This document shows positions 12,784 through 22,786 of a DNA stretch of 64,000 nt, in pieces. Within the stretch, counting starts at the first letter, position 1. Every line of letters starts with the position of its first letter. The notes under the pieces were generated by a model. It was not told where the DNA came from. It made no database searches and worked only from the letters and a program-made list of their open reading frames with translations. The position numbers were made by a program, and so were the translations under genes. Origin of the DNA: Paramoeba atlantica (lineage: Eukaryota > Protista > Discosea); NCBI GenBank assembly GCA_977017575.1, contig CDRNVI010000042.1:1-64000 (forward strand), given 5' to 3'.

Positions 12784-13210
12784 TCACGCAAGAGACGTGC
12801 ACTCCTCAGCAGGAAGAAGGAAACTTCCTGTCTCTTCAGTTTGCCGGAGCGTAAATGGGTTATCCGTGCTCATCAACAAACCTCCGAGACAAGAAGTCTC
12901 ACTTTCCTCTGCTTCAGAGTACACAATCTCATCACTTACCCATTGAAAGCATTCCGCAACACTCTCCATCTTTCCAGTTTGCCGGAGCGTAAGTGGGTTT
13001 TCCGTGCTCATCAACAAACCTTCAAAATGAAGAGTGTCTCGTCCTGCTTTCAACGAGCACATGATCTTTTTGCATGCGCATGCCACACTCAGTGCCTTTT
13101 TCACCTTTCCAGTGTCGTTTGCTTCGGAGCGCGGGCGAAAGCGAGGGTCCTCCGACGATGTGACATTTGAAAGGATCATAAAAGGAATAAAAATCAACAA
13201 GGTACAGAAA
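12784..13210 (-). CDS. Short unknown ORF downstream of an SL 3' fragment (13195-13210)
   Basis: TTTCTGTACCTTGTTG on the minus strand, then MILSNVTSSEDPRF with an internal repeat GLLMST[ED]NP[LF]TLRQT. Product not recognised. Confidence 0.35.
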
Positions 13211-13571
13211 TTACTCAGGTTTAATTACTCAGGTTTACTGTTCTCGACAAAAGTTTCCCCTCCCACCAGCCCCCAAACCACTCCCCGCGTTGGACCCGTT
13301 CGCAAGCTCGTTGAAAGGGAGAGGTAAGTGTATGTTATTGTCATGGGATATTTATGTTTTGTCTTTTGCGCAGCTGTGACATTGTTTCATCTTTTTTGAC
13401 ATAGGAGATAACTTGGAATCATGTATAGGTTTGTATATGAGTTAATCGAATGTCTTTGCGAACAATATGAAATTTGTTTTCCTTTTCTAAATATATTATG
13501 ATGTAAAATTCTATTTAGTGATTACAAATTAATTATTTGTTTATTAAAATTATATTCTGATGAGCAATTCT
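13211..13571 (+). mobile_element. YR element right end (A tail, spacer, B2)
   Basis: A tail shared with 4627-4661; spacer 13257-13281; B2 ends ...CTGATGAGCAATTCT as at 4070. Confidence 0.8.
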
Positions 13572-14398
13572 GCATAGATGTGCATGATGTCCCTGTATAT
13601 GGCAATCACACTGGAGATAAAATTAGGACTAATGGTTTTCGCGGTTGGAATTGGGAGATGGTCTACGTCTTCAGCTCCTGTGTCCAGCTTAAGCGCTCTG
13701 GCCTTTTTAACATGTGTTTCTTCGCGGGTCTCAATAGGAAGGTTCTCGTCAATGGCTGGAGGAGCTCTGTACCAACGGATCTGATATACACGGATATTTT
13801 CTTGCGGAGGAAGAAAACCTGGAAAATTTTCTTCTGCACGATGGCCGAACAGCCCTTTATAGCTCAAATGTAGTTTCGACGCCCCGGTCCGATTCGCGGA
13901 TCGTGTTACGGTTCCTTCGGAGATGTTCAAGGCGGTTTGTTTATCGAATGTCCACGCCACTGTGCATTTGGTTCCTTTTTTTATTGAAGAACAAGACTTC
14001 TGTATGCGCTCGAAAGGAATGGGGAATTCGGTGTCTGGTTTTATCGATTTTATGATGCCACCGATGTGGTTGTCTTGTTCCGGATTTCCTTCGCTATAAG
14101 TATGCTGATGACTTGATTTGTTGTTTCGGTTGGTTTGTCCTTTTCTTGTGTGTCTGGCGTGATGCAGTCGTAGAACTCGGTCTTACTTCCATACTCCTTG
14201 GTTTTGGGGCCCGGAGTCGTGCTAATTACCTGTATTTCGCTCGATGTGTCAGGTCGGAAACCTTCGTCGCCGTTGGGCGAAATTTCGCCGTACTGAATCG
14301 GTTCGTTGTTTTGTACGCGTCCGTTTTCCTGGACGTTCTTTGTACTCTTGTTGTGCTCGTTTTCCTTTTGAATGATAGCATCCTGCAGATCTTTAGCC
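13572..14398 (-). pseudogene. N-terminal region of a CRE-like ORF (one frameshift), flanked by YR element ends on both sides
   Basis: EFPIPFERIQK...KGTKCTVAW...SVIAIYRDIM is homologous to 34317 (WGKGTECVIEW...HVVAIFRAIL) and 37027. Confidence 0.8.
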
Positions 14399-14567
14399 TT
14401 CTAATAGTTCACGTTTTGAAATTTAGCCGAGGGGCGGCTATATATTTGCCTGCTGGCCCTTCGGGGCACATAATTTTCTCAAATTATGATGTAGTATTCT
14501 CTAATTGCATGGAGGGGGGTGTTTACTCGTTTGTTATATTCTTGTTAGGTTGTTATTTTGTTACGTT

Positions 14568-14594
14568 TAAAGATACAGTTTCTGTACTTTGTTG
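14568..14594 (+). other. SL-like 3' part joined inside the A1 repeat
   Basis: TAAAGATACAGTTTCTGTACTTTGTTG followed by GTTGTTATTTTGTTACG, which follows TAG at 14546-14548 and in the A2 copies. Confidence 0.88.
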
Positions 14595-14626
14595 GTTGTT
14601 ATTTTGTTACGTTTAAAGTTTTGTGT

Positions 14627-16030
14627 ATGAGATCCCAACGTTTACGGGCTCCGTCGGAGCCACGCCAGGAGCGCGATAGATCACCGAAGCGGAATAGGGC
14701 GCCGACACCCATTCAGACCTCCTCCGTCCAAGACCATTCTAAGCGTCAGTCCCTTTCGTGCCCTCCCGTGCGCCCCCCTCTCCCCCCTCTCCCCACGCAG
14801 CCGGCTCCGCAGGTATCCGCGCGACCTCCTCCGATCCCCCCTACTCCTGTCCCAGCGCGCCGAAAGGTACGCCCTTCTGGTAGAGCACTCAGCCCCGCCC
14901 GCGAACCGCCTAGCCCTCTCCCTTCCAACCTTCCCAGTTTGCCTGCGAGCTCCCTCCCTAGCCCGTACCCTTTTCCGCTGGAGGCTCCCGAGCCCCATAT
15001 GCGACGAAGAGGAACCCTTAACCCCGACCAGGTTGAGGCTTCTCGCTCGCCGCGCCGTTACGAGGCCCTTGACATTGACCACGTCGAGTTGCCGCAGCGT
15101 TCACGCTGTGATGCGCGTGGGATCATGACACAATCCAGCAAAGAAGAGTTCATCACGAAAGTGATTGAGCTTCTGCGCAAGGACTACGAGGTCACCGTCG
15201 AGGCTGTATGGTCCCTTCCCCGTGACGGCCTACGGCAGACGGTTATAGGGTTGGTGCATATGACGCATCCTAAGGACCCTAACTCAACTGAGTTGTTCGC
15301 CGAGTGGGATGGGGACAAGAACACTGCCTATCGTTTTCCCCATCCCGAGATCAACTACCACTCTTTGGAACTGGCCCATGTTCGGGCGCAGATGCCGGGT
15401 GGGAAACCAGTTGAAGATCTGATCCCCACGTTTGAACGCGTCCGTATTACGGACCCGAAAGGCTTCTCCCCCTACGATCCGGTTACTTGGCAACCGTGGA
15501 TCGACACGGATGATTTGTTCAAGCCACGTGAACTCATCCGTGAGCTGCGCGAAGCTCCGCAGCTTGGGGTACGCTTCAACCCTCCGCCGCAGCGTGAGCG
15601 CCTGTTCAAGATGTTAACTGAATGGGTGTACGCTGCGTGCAATACGGAGGGATGGCTAGAGAAGCACAACCTCGCCGTAGCCCTTCTCATCATCGAAGAG
15701 CTTCGCAACCATTATTGGGCTGCGGCGGGCGTTGCTGTCGAGCGTGTGCAACAGCGGTTGCACCGTGACGACGACCCTCAGGACCGCTACGGTCAGCTTG
15801 TGGTTGACGAGCAACTGAGGGGCCGGACTGCGCAGCGTGCTCCTCGTCGACGCAGCCAAGGACCTTTCTGTTTTGGCTGTCATCAGCCAGGCCACCTCCG
15901 ATCGAACTGCCCCCAAGCGTCCCAACAGCAGGGGGGGCAGTTCCGTACCACACGCGCCCCGCAACAGGATTTTCGCGGCGGGGTGGTGGGCGGCGCCAAC
16001 CTTTACGGCGCAACACGGGCTTTCCACTAG
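14627..16030 (+). CDS. Gag-like protein, Pro-rich N-terminus, CCHC knuckle
   Basis: ATG at 14627 directly after the SL/A repeat; CFGCHQPGHLRSNCP. Confidence 0.88.
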   Translation: MRSQRLRAPSEPRQERDRSPKRNRAPTPIQTSSVQDHSKRQSLSCPPVRPPLPPLPTQPAPQVSARPPPIPPTPVPARRKVRPSGRALSPAREPPSPLPSNLPSLPASSLPSPYPFPLEAPEPHMRRRGTLNPDQVEASRSPRRYEALDIDHVELPQRSRCDARGIMTQSSKEEFITKVIELLRKDYEVTVEAVWSLPRDGLRQTVIGLVHMTHPKDPNSTELFAEWDGDKNTAYRFPHPEINYHSLELAHVRAQMPGGKPVEDLIPTFERVRITDPKGFSPYDPVTWQPWIDTDDLFKPRELIRELREAPQLGVRFNPPPQRERLFKMLTEWVYAACNTEGWLEKHNLAVALLIIEELRNHYWAAAGVAVERVQQRLHRDDDPQDRYGQLVVDEQLRGRTAQRAPRRRSQGPFCFGCHQPGHLRSNCPQASQQQGGQFRTTRAPQQDFRGGVVGGANLYGATRAFH

Positions 16031-16033
16031 GAA

Positions 16034-17218
16034 ATGCCCCCCACCCCAATTACTGCTCGTGCCCGTCGTCCCAGGCGACGACGGGTGGATATTCTTACCC
16101 CTGTTTCCTCCCCGTCTCTCCGCCAGCGCGAAAGACGGCCACGCGTGCGTGGCGCTACTCCTCCTCCCCGCCCTCTCTCCCCGTTACGTCTAAGGCGCAG
16201 AAGCGTCTCCCTCCCAATCCGTCCTCTACCCCGGCTTCCCATTCCCGTTTACACCGCCGCCAAGACCGCCGCCGCCAAAACCGCCGCCGTCGTAACCGCC
16301 GACGCCGCACAGCCTCTAGGAGGACGCCGCCAGGAGCTGCTGAGGGCGATTCTTCGAATGCCCCCCGAGGACCCGCGCGCCACCCAGATGAACGAGGCGC
16401 TCAGACCCATGTGGGCGACGGCCACGTGGGCCACAAGGGAGCGATTGTGGTTCCGCCTGCGCGAGTATTGCCAGGCGAAGGGAATCACCGCGAATCCTGC
16501 AAACGCGGTGCTCTTCCTAGAGACTCTGCCTCTCGCTACCTCGACGCGCATGGGGTACGCAGGGGCATTGAGGACTCTGTTCGAGCTCATGGGAATCGAA
16601 GGTACCCCATTGAGTCTCTACGTAAAGGCCCTGCAGGCGCAGGGGGGGCTAGAACCCACGCGGCAGATGCTTCCAATCACGCCACTTCTTCTAAAGAAGC
16701 TGAGACGTCACCTCGACGTAAAGGAGAGCATGTGTTGCCTCCTGTGTTGGAAAGCCGCTGCGAGATGGACCGAGACCGCCGACCTGAGGCGGGAGCAGTT
16801 CGTGAGTGTGGCCAGTCACGAGGTAATCATCTATTGGGGCAGGGGGACCAAGACTACCCGTCTGAATCCTTACCGGCCGTACCTCTACGCGATAGTGACT
16901 GGACCGGGGACACCCGAACTGGCTCAGTTTGTGGGAAGTTTGAGACCAGGCCAACGCCTGTGTTACACGACGGTCCGGGAGATGGACCACAGGATGAATC
17001 AACTTCTCGGCCCCGGGTATGGAACACATTCCATAAAAAGAGGTGCAATTACTTACCTATTCCACGAGATCTCCCTCGGGAATCTCAGGATGGAGGACGT
17101 CCAGAACCTCACGAAACACCTCAACGTCGAATCACTGTTGCGCTACAACACAAGCAGTATTACAACGGCAAGGGCTCTCGGGACGCAGAGAGTCTCAGCC
17201 CGTCTCCCAGTGCTGTAA
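16034..17218 (+). CDS. Tyrosine recombinase
   Basis: 394 aa; WKAAARWTE, HSIKRGA, TKH, LLRY. Confidence 0.9.
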   Translation: MPPTPITARARRPRRRRVDILTPVSSPSLRQRERRPRVRGATPPPRPLSPLRLRRRSVSLPIRPLPRLPIPVYTAAKTAAAKTAAVVTADAAQPLGGRRQELLRAILRMPPEDPRATQMNEALRPMWATATWATRERLWFRLREYCQAKGITANPANAVLFLETLPLATSTRMGYAGALRTLFELMGIEGTPLSLYVKALQAQGGLEPTRQMLPITPLLLKKLRRHLDVKESMCCLLCWKAAARWTETADLRREQFVSVASHEVIIYWGRGTKTTRLNPYRPYLYAIVTGPGTPELAQFVGSLRPGQRLCYTTVREMDHRMNQLLGPGYGTHSIKRGAITYLFHEISLGNLRMEDVQNLTKHLNVESLLRYNTSSITTARALGTQRVSARLPVL

Positions 17219-18925
17219 CCTCGGAGCACGTGGCAAAGTGCTTCGAGGAAGTGCCTTACCTTCGCAGGCACTCCGTTGTTTGTGCACGCCGCTCTTCACG
17301 GCTAGCCAAGGCACACGACGCTCACCTACCTTTGCACGTTAAGAAGTCGATACCTGTTATCCATTTGGATCAGGTTAAGGAGTGGATGAGTATGTCAGCT
17401 GCCACTCGTTTTCGCAAGGTAGTGGATGAATTATTATGGGTACCTAAAGCCCCGTACCCCGAACCTAGTGTGAAAGGTTCATTGCCTGAGGCGGACGTCC
17501 GATTGTTGGAGGACGCAGGCATAATCTCTAAGGTCCCGGCGCAGGAGTTGAGAAAGCGCCCATCGATGCAGTTCATGATTCCCTTCACGGTTGTGGAGAC
17601 CGATGATGAGGGCAATCAGCGCAGAAGATTTATTTCATGGACAAGGGACGATAACGATAGATTAAAATCATATGAACCAAAGGTCCCATTATATCATCCC
17701 TCCAAGTATCTTCATAAGGCGCACGAGCCGATGGCCGTGAAGCGGGACTTCACGTGTGGATTTTACCAGATTGGTATCCCAAAGAGGGCGCGGCCCAAAT
17801 TCCGCCTTAGAACGAACAGTGGAGACGTGTTTGAGATGAACGTCCTCCCGATGGGCCATAGGTGTGCACCGGAGGTTATGCACACGGTTACCGCCGCGAT
17901 TTCTGGCGAGGCGTCGATTTGTTCTCAGCGCTACTCGTTTCACCGAGGCGCTATCGACGTTTATGTTGACGGAGTTCGGTTTGCAGGAACCCACTCCGAG
18001 GCCACCACGTACGCTCAGTTCATTGACGAGCGTTGCGACAAGGCGAACGGTCTTTTCAAAGATCGGGGTCAGCCCCCTGTACCACAGTACGTGTTCAATG
18101 GGGTGGCGTTCGACCATAACGCGCATACGGTCTGCCTGGGACCGCGAGTGATCAGGAAACTGCGAGCCGACTCTTTCTTCAACATTTCCTTTGTTGACCT
18201 AGAGGCGGTGGTGGGGCGCCTCATTTATGGCTCTCGCAGTTCTCCGACTCAATATGCCGCGGTTTTATTTCGCTTTGAAGGTGGCGCAACGGCGTATCAA
18301 CTTGTTGAACCGTTGCCCGAAGTTATGTGACCGTCCGGTCGCACTCCCTGTCGTCACTCGCTCCATGCTAGCAGAATGGAGAAACGAGTTGCTGGAGAAT
18401 GTTCCACGGTCTCCACCTCCCCATCCCGATGTTGTTCCACACAAGCATCGTCTCTACACCGATGCCTCGGTGAAAGGATGGGGAGCGATTATGTATTTAG
18501 ACAGCGGAGAGGTTTTGATTACGGGTGAGGCGTGGCCTGAGTCATCCTCGTATGAGGTGAACCGTGCGGAAGCTGCAGCAGTCCGCTTAGCCCTCGAGAA
18601 GTTTTCCGCGCATTGCCCCCGTGGAACCTGCTTGGATGTTTTTGTTGACAACACCTCCTGTCAGGCTGCACTGAACAGGAGGATCTCCAAGTCAGAGGGG
18701 GTTTCAATGGAATTGCGCGAAGTCCTGCGACTGACAGAGGACAAAGGTATTTGTGCCAAGGCAGCGTACATATCCACGGATGAGAACCCGGCGGATGCTG
18801 TCAGTCGCGGGAAGGAGATTGAGAGAGAGAAGGTTGAGAAATATAAAGGCAACATCGACAAATACAGCGATAATCAGCATCATCATATTGGTAAGCTAGA
18901 CAGTCATATTGAAGGAAAACCCTAG
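16411..18925 (+). pseudogene. RT/RNase H with a single frameshift near 18225
   Basis: 16411-18330 has KRDFTCGF, PMGHRCAPE and YVDG; 18227-18925 has TDASVKGWG, VDNTS and NPAD. Confidence 0.88.
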
Positions 18926-19879
18926 GGGACAGGATCACCAAATACAAAAAAGAAAAAAAAAAAGACAAGAAATTCTATATATTTGCCTGCTGGCCCTTCG
19001 GGGCACATAATTTTCTCAAATTATGATGTAGTATTCTCTAATTGCATGGAGGGGGGTGTTTACTCGTTTGTTGTATTCTTGTTAGGTTGTTATTTTGTTA
19101 CGTTTAAAGTTTTGTGCCCACCCACCGAGCCCCCAGCCATTTGGCCGAGGGTTCCGGTGGGGGGGAACCCCGTTAACAGAGTGACATTGATTGTGTTGTT
19201 TTATGCAGGCTTGTTTCTTTTCCATCTTTGTGCGTGTGAAATGAATGAATGATACGTTGTGTCATTTTGAATTACGATTGAGCTATTCATAGTTGTTCAT
19301 TTATTCATATATGTTATCAGTGTATATGTTTCCAGGGAGCCCCTCGGCGTGGATTTCTAATAGTTCACGTTTTGAAATTTAGCCGAGGGGCGGCTATATA
19401 TTTGCCTGCTGGCCCTTCGGGGCACATAATTTTCTCAAATTATGATGTAGTATTCTCTAATTGCATGGAGGGGGGTGTTTACTCGTTTGTTATATTCTTG
19501 TTAGGTTGTTATTTTGTTACGTTTAAAGTTTTGTGCCCACCCACCGAGCCCCCAGCCATTTGGCCGAGGGTTCCGGTGGGGGGGAACCCCGTTAACAGAG
19601 TGACATTGATTGTGTTGTTTTATGCAGGCTTGTTTCTTTTCCATCTTTGTGCGTGTGAAATGAATGAATGATACGTTGTGTCATTTTGAATTACGATTGA
19701 GCTATTCATAGTTGTTCATTTATTCATATATGTTATCAGTGTATATGTTTCCAGGGAGCCCCTCGGCGTGGATTTCTTACGGTAACTGTCCATGGCAACG
19801 GCCGACGGATTTAACGGTCGTAAAACGAGTTCATCCAGAGTAGTGGGATCTTTTGGTGGGAGTAGTGGGATCTTTTCAC

Positions 19880-20020
19880 ACTCGCGGACAGCGCCGGCCA
19901 GAATAGAGAGAACACTCTCCAAGATTTTACTCTCCACTTACAGGAACTCAACGGAGCTGTGACTTTTTCGCAGTTGAAGAAGTTTATTTCTGATGAGAGT
20001 GAGATGGCTCTCGCTTTCTA
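19880..20020 (+). pseudogene. Short C-terminal fragment of a CRE-like ORF
   Basis: TLADSAGQNRENTLQDFTLHLQELNGAVTFSQL matches LADASGRDRDIVVQDFKMHLQELNG at the end of the 33197-33607 ORF. Confidence 0.75.
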
Positions 20021-20089
20021 AGTGGTTTTTCCTTTGTTAGTAATGAATAAATTTAGGTTAGATGGGTTAAAATCTAGAAGTCTACGCAT

Positions 20090-20300
20090 GGAAATTTAGC
20101 CGAGGGGCTTATATCACATTTCTTAAAATCCACTGTTTATTACCCCAGTCCATGTGGTGGCTATCTTCCGTGCCATCATCCGCGGTTACTCAAATGCAAA
20201 GTCTATAGAAAACATTTTCATTTCCAGTTTTAAAATTTTTTGCCCCACCCACCAACCCCCATAACCATTCCCCGCGTGGACACCCGTTCGCGTAAGGAAG
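20090..20300 (+). mobile_element. YR A/spacer/B2-start fragment
   Basis: GAAATTTAGCCGAGGGG as in the family-2 A repeat; spacer 20243-20267; TCCCCGCGTGGACACCCGTTCGCG. Confidence 0.7.
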
Positions 20301-20899
20301 AAAACTTCCTTTGAACCACCAAGAAATCTCTTGGTGGTGGAGTTCAGGGTTGATATGTTGTATTGGTGATCTTGTTTTTATTGGTGGAGGGGTGGCCGCT
20401 TGAGCGTACGTTGGTTCCTTGCTCCAGTTCGTAAATGCTGTTTTCCGAGCGGTGTTCGTTCTTATTTTGATGCGTCCTTCTGGGTGACGAATGGTTGGGC
20501 TCTCGTCTTGCGACACTTTTTCAGCTCTTGTCTGAAGAAGGTTGAGTTGTTTGTTTCGCCGATTGAAGAAATTTGAAGACAGCAGTGCGTTCTTATTTGT
20601 GACTTTGCAGTCACTTTTCGGCAGTGGGGTCGGCGATCGACGCATCGACGGAGGAGGAGATTGTGTGTCTGGCATTGACTGCGGCGCTGAAGGATGCGGT
20701 GACGAGGGTGGGCTGTATGACGGGAAGATGAAAACTTTCTAGAAGTTTACGAATAGAATTGTTCGAAGGGATTTATACGCCGATAAATGGCCGGCGGGCA
20801 TTGTACGCTTGTATTTAGAATGATTGAATTTGCAGTTTAGTCCATACGATTATCGCCTTTATTTGAAGAAGTGTTTTTTCTCCATACAAAACTTTTTGT

Positions 20900-21622
20900 A
20901 TAGCGCTGGAAGGCGGACGGCCCCTGCCTCCCGGTGCACAGCCGGTGGTGCCCACGAGTGGAGTGAAGATTGACCCGTACGAGCCAATTACATGGCCGGG
21001 GTATATCGACGCCAAACATGATGACGGATTTCGTCTCAGGGACTTATTTCGGGAATTGAAGGAGGCACCCGAATATGGATTGCGTCTAAATCAGTTTTTC
21101 CAGGATAGGTCTTTTCAGAGGCAGCAGGAGCGCAATTTCGATCAACTTCTTGGGAAATGGATTATACTAGCGCGTAAAACTCCAGGATGGAATGAGGGTG
21201 AATTTCTCGAACTGGGCAAAGCAATCATTCAAAGTCTTCGCGATGCATATTGGAGGGCGTGTAAAGTTGATGTAGAAGCAGTGCATCGCAAAATGGATAA
21301 GGATGACCGGGCTCATGACAAATTTTTTCAACATGTAACTGACCAATTGAGTGAGCGAGAAAAGTATAGGAACAGGTATGGTGCCACTTTCTTTGCGGGT
21401 CGCGCTGGTACGTTTGCACAATCGGGACCAGGGATCCAATCTACTCGTTCTCAACGTCCGCCATACGGGAATTACGGTCCCTCACCAACGTATCGCCAAC
21501 TTTGTTACAATTGTCGATCACCGGAGCACATAATCAAAGATTGCCCGTACAAACGTAGCTCCCTTCCGGATTTTCGCCAGCGGGCGGCTGGAAGCGCCTT
21601 CCAGGGCGCCAAGACGTTATGA
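20900..21622 (+). pseudogene. Gag-like ORF lacking its start codon and N-terminal domain
   Basis: DPYEPITWP...CYNCRSPEHIIKDCP; far shorter than the 373-aa and about 470-aa homologues; no ATG after A1. Confidence 0.8.
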
Positions 21623-21793
21623 AACGCCCGCCCGTCATTCGCCAGTGTTCCTAAGATAAATTACAAACGAGTCAAAACGGGAACGACATTTTCGCATCGA
21701 ACACCCACCAAACTCAGTCGGGGTGCAAAAGTAAGATACAGAAAGATTTATCCGGAGAGCGTCGAGGAAACGAGAAAGAAGAGGAGAACCGTT

Positions 21794-22786
21794 ATGCCAC
21801 AGGCTGCAGTGAATGTCACCAATTGCAGAGGAAAGTTGATTCCATGTTGGAGTATATATCAAGGCACGTTAAGCCTTCAGAGTATTACAGCGGGGCGGAA
21901 AAATCTGTTAAGTCTACTGATGGGAGTCAAGGAATTTACACCGGAAGTACGGGTAGCACTAGACGCGATGTCGGGGATGTGGAGTACATCGACTTGGGAA
22001 ACAAGAGCACGAATATGGGAAGGATTTCGACAATTTTGCCAAGGGAAAAACGTTCATCTGACACCGATCCACGCAGTAGCTTTTGTACAATGCCTTCCAG
22101 TCACAATACAAACGAGAATAACCTACGGCCGAGCGTTGATGACGCTATTCAATCTGATCGGCGAATGTACTGTACCGATAAAATTTTTCTGCAAGGCACT
22201 CCAAGCACAAGGAGCAGAGGAACCCACACATCAGATGGAACCCTTGACACCATACCTGCTAAACAAGATACGGAGAAGGGTCACGCAAGCGGAAGGGCTA
22301 ACGTTAATGATGAGTTGGAAGGCTGCATCACGATGGTCGGAAACAGCAAATTTGACACGAGAAAAGTTTGTCGAAGTGACTCCAGAACGGATCGTAGTAG
22401 CTTGGGGAAGAGGCACCAAAGCAACTCGATGCAACCCATGGCGCGCATCAATGTATACAGTCATCAAGGGGGAAGGAACACGAGAACTAGCTCAGTACGT
22501 ACTTACGCTGAAGCCGTGGGACAGAATGTGTCGCACCAATGTGAGACAGATGGACAAACTTATCAAGAGCGTTCTGGGCCAAGGCTTTGGGACGCACTCC
22601 GCAAAGCGAGGCGCGGTGACGGAACTTTTCAAGGAAGTTGCAAATGGGAAATTGACGATCGAGGAGGTCAAGAATTTAGCAAAACATCAGCAGATCGAAT
22701 CTCTCCTCAGATACAATTCCAATCCGGTAACGACAGCCCTTGCACTTGGAACAGCAAACGCAACAGACAAACTGAAAACGCTCTAA
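21794..22786 (+). CDS. Tyrosine recombinase
   Basis: 330 aa; WKAASRWSE, GTK, HSAKRGA, AKH, LLRY. Confidence 0.9.
   Translation: MPQAAVNVTNCRGKLIPCWSIYQGTLSLQSITAGRKNLLSLLMGVKEFTPEVRVALDAMSGMWSTSTWETRARIWEGFRQFCQGKNVHLTPIHAVAFVQCLPVTIQTRITYGRALMTLFNLIGECTVPIKFFCKALQAQGAEEPTHQMEPLTPYLLNKIRRRVTQAEGLTLMMSWKAASRWSETANLTREKFVEVTPERIVVAWGRGTKATRCNPWRASMYTVIKGEGTRELAQYVLTLKPWDRMCRTNVRQMDKLIKSVLGQGFGTHSAKRGAVTELFKEVANGKLTIEEVKNLAKHQQIESLLRYNSNPVTTALALGTANATDKLKTL

Larger units (their letters stand above)
14399..19777 (+). mobile_element. Near-complete VIPER-like YR retrotransposon (family 2) with split direct repeats
   Basis: TTCT at 14399, 19355 and 19774; A repeat at 14402, 18971 (partial) and 19358; B repeat at about 19141 and 19561; gag, YR and RT in order. 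Confidence 0.9.

Noticed and set aside
4672-14600. SL RNA genes, since the SL copies at 4709 and 14594 are followed by GT
   Set aside because: The two downstream sequences are unrelated to each other and each equals A-repeat sequence that follows an AG elsewhere; there is no shared intron, promoter or Sm site.
4056-19996. Hammerhead cores (CTGATGA at 4056, 13557 and 19990)
   Set aside because: No stem II followed by GAAA; the homologous B end in family 1 reads CCGGAGAG, so the motif is not conserved.
6740-21622. Reassigned stop codons (Blastocrithidia-type code) as the reason for the in-frame gag-YR stops
   Set aside because: ORFs of 866-1489 aa contain no in-frame stops, and both TGA and TAG occur only at gag ends.
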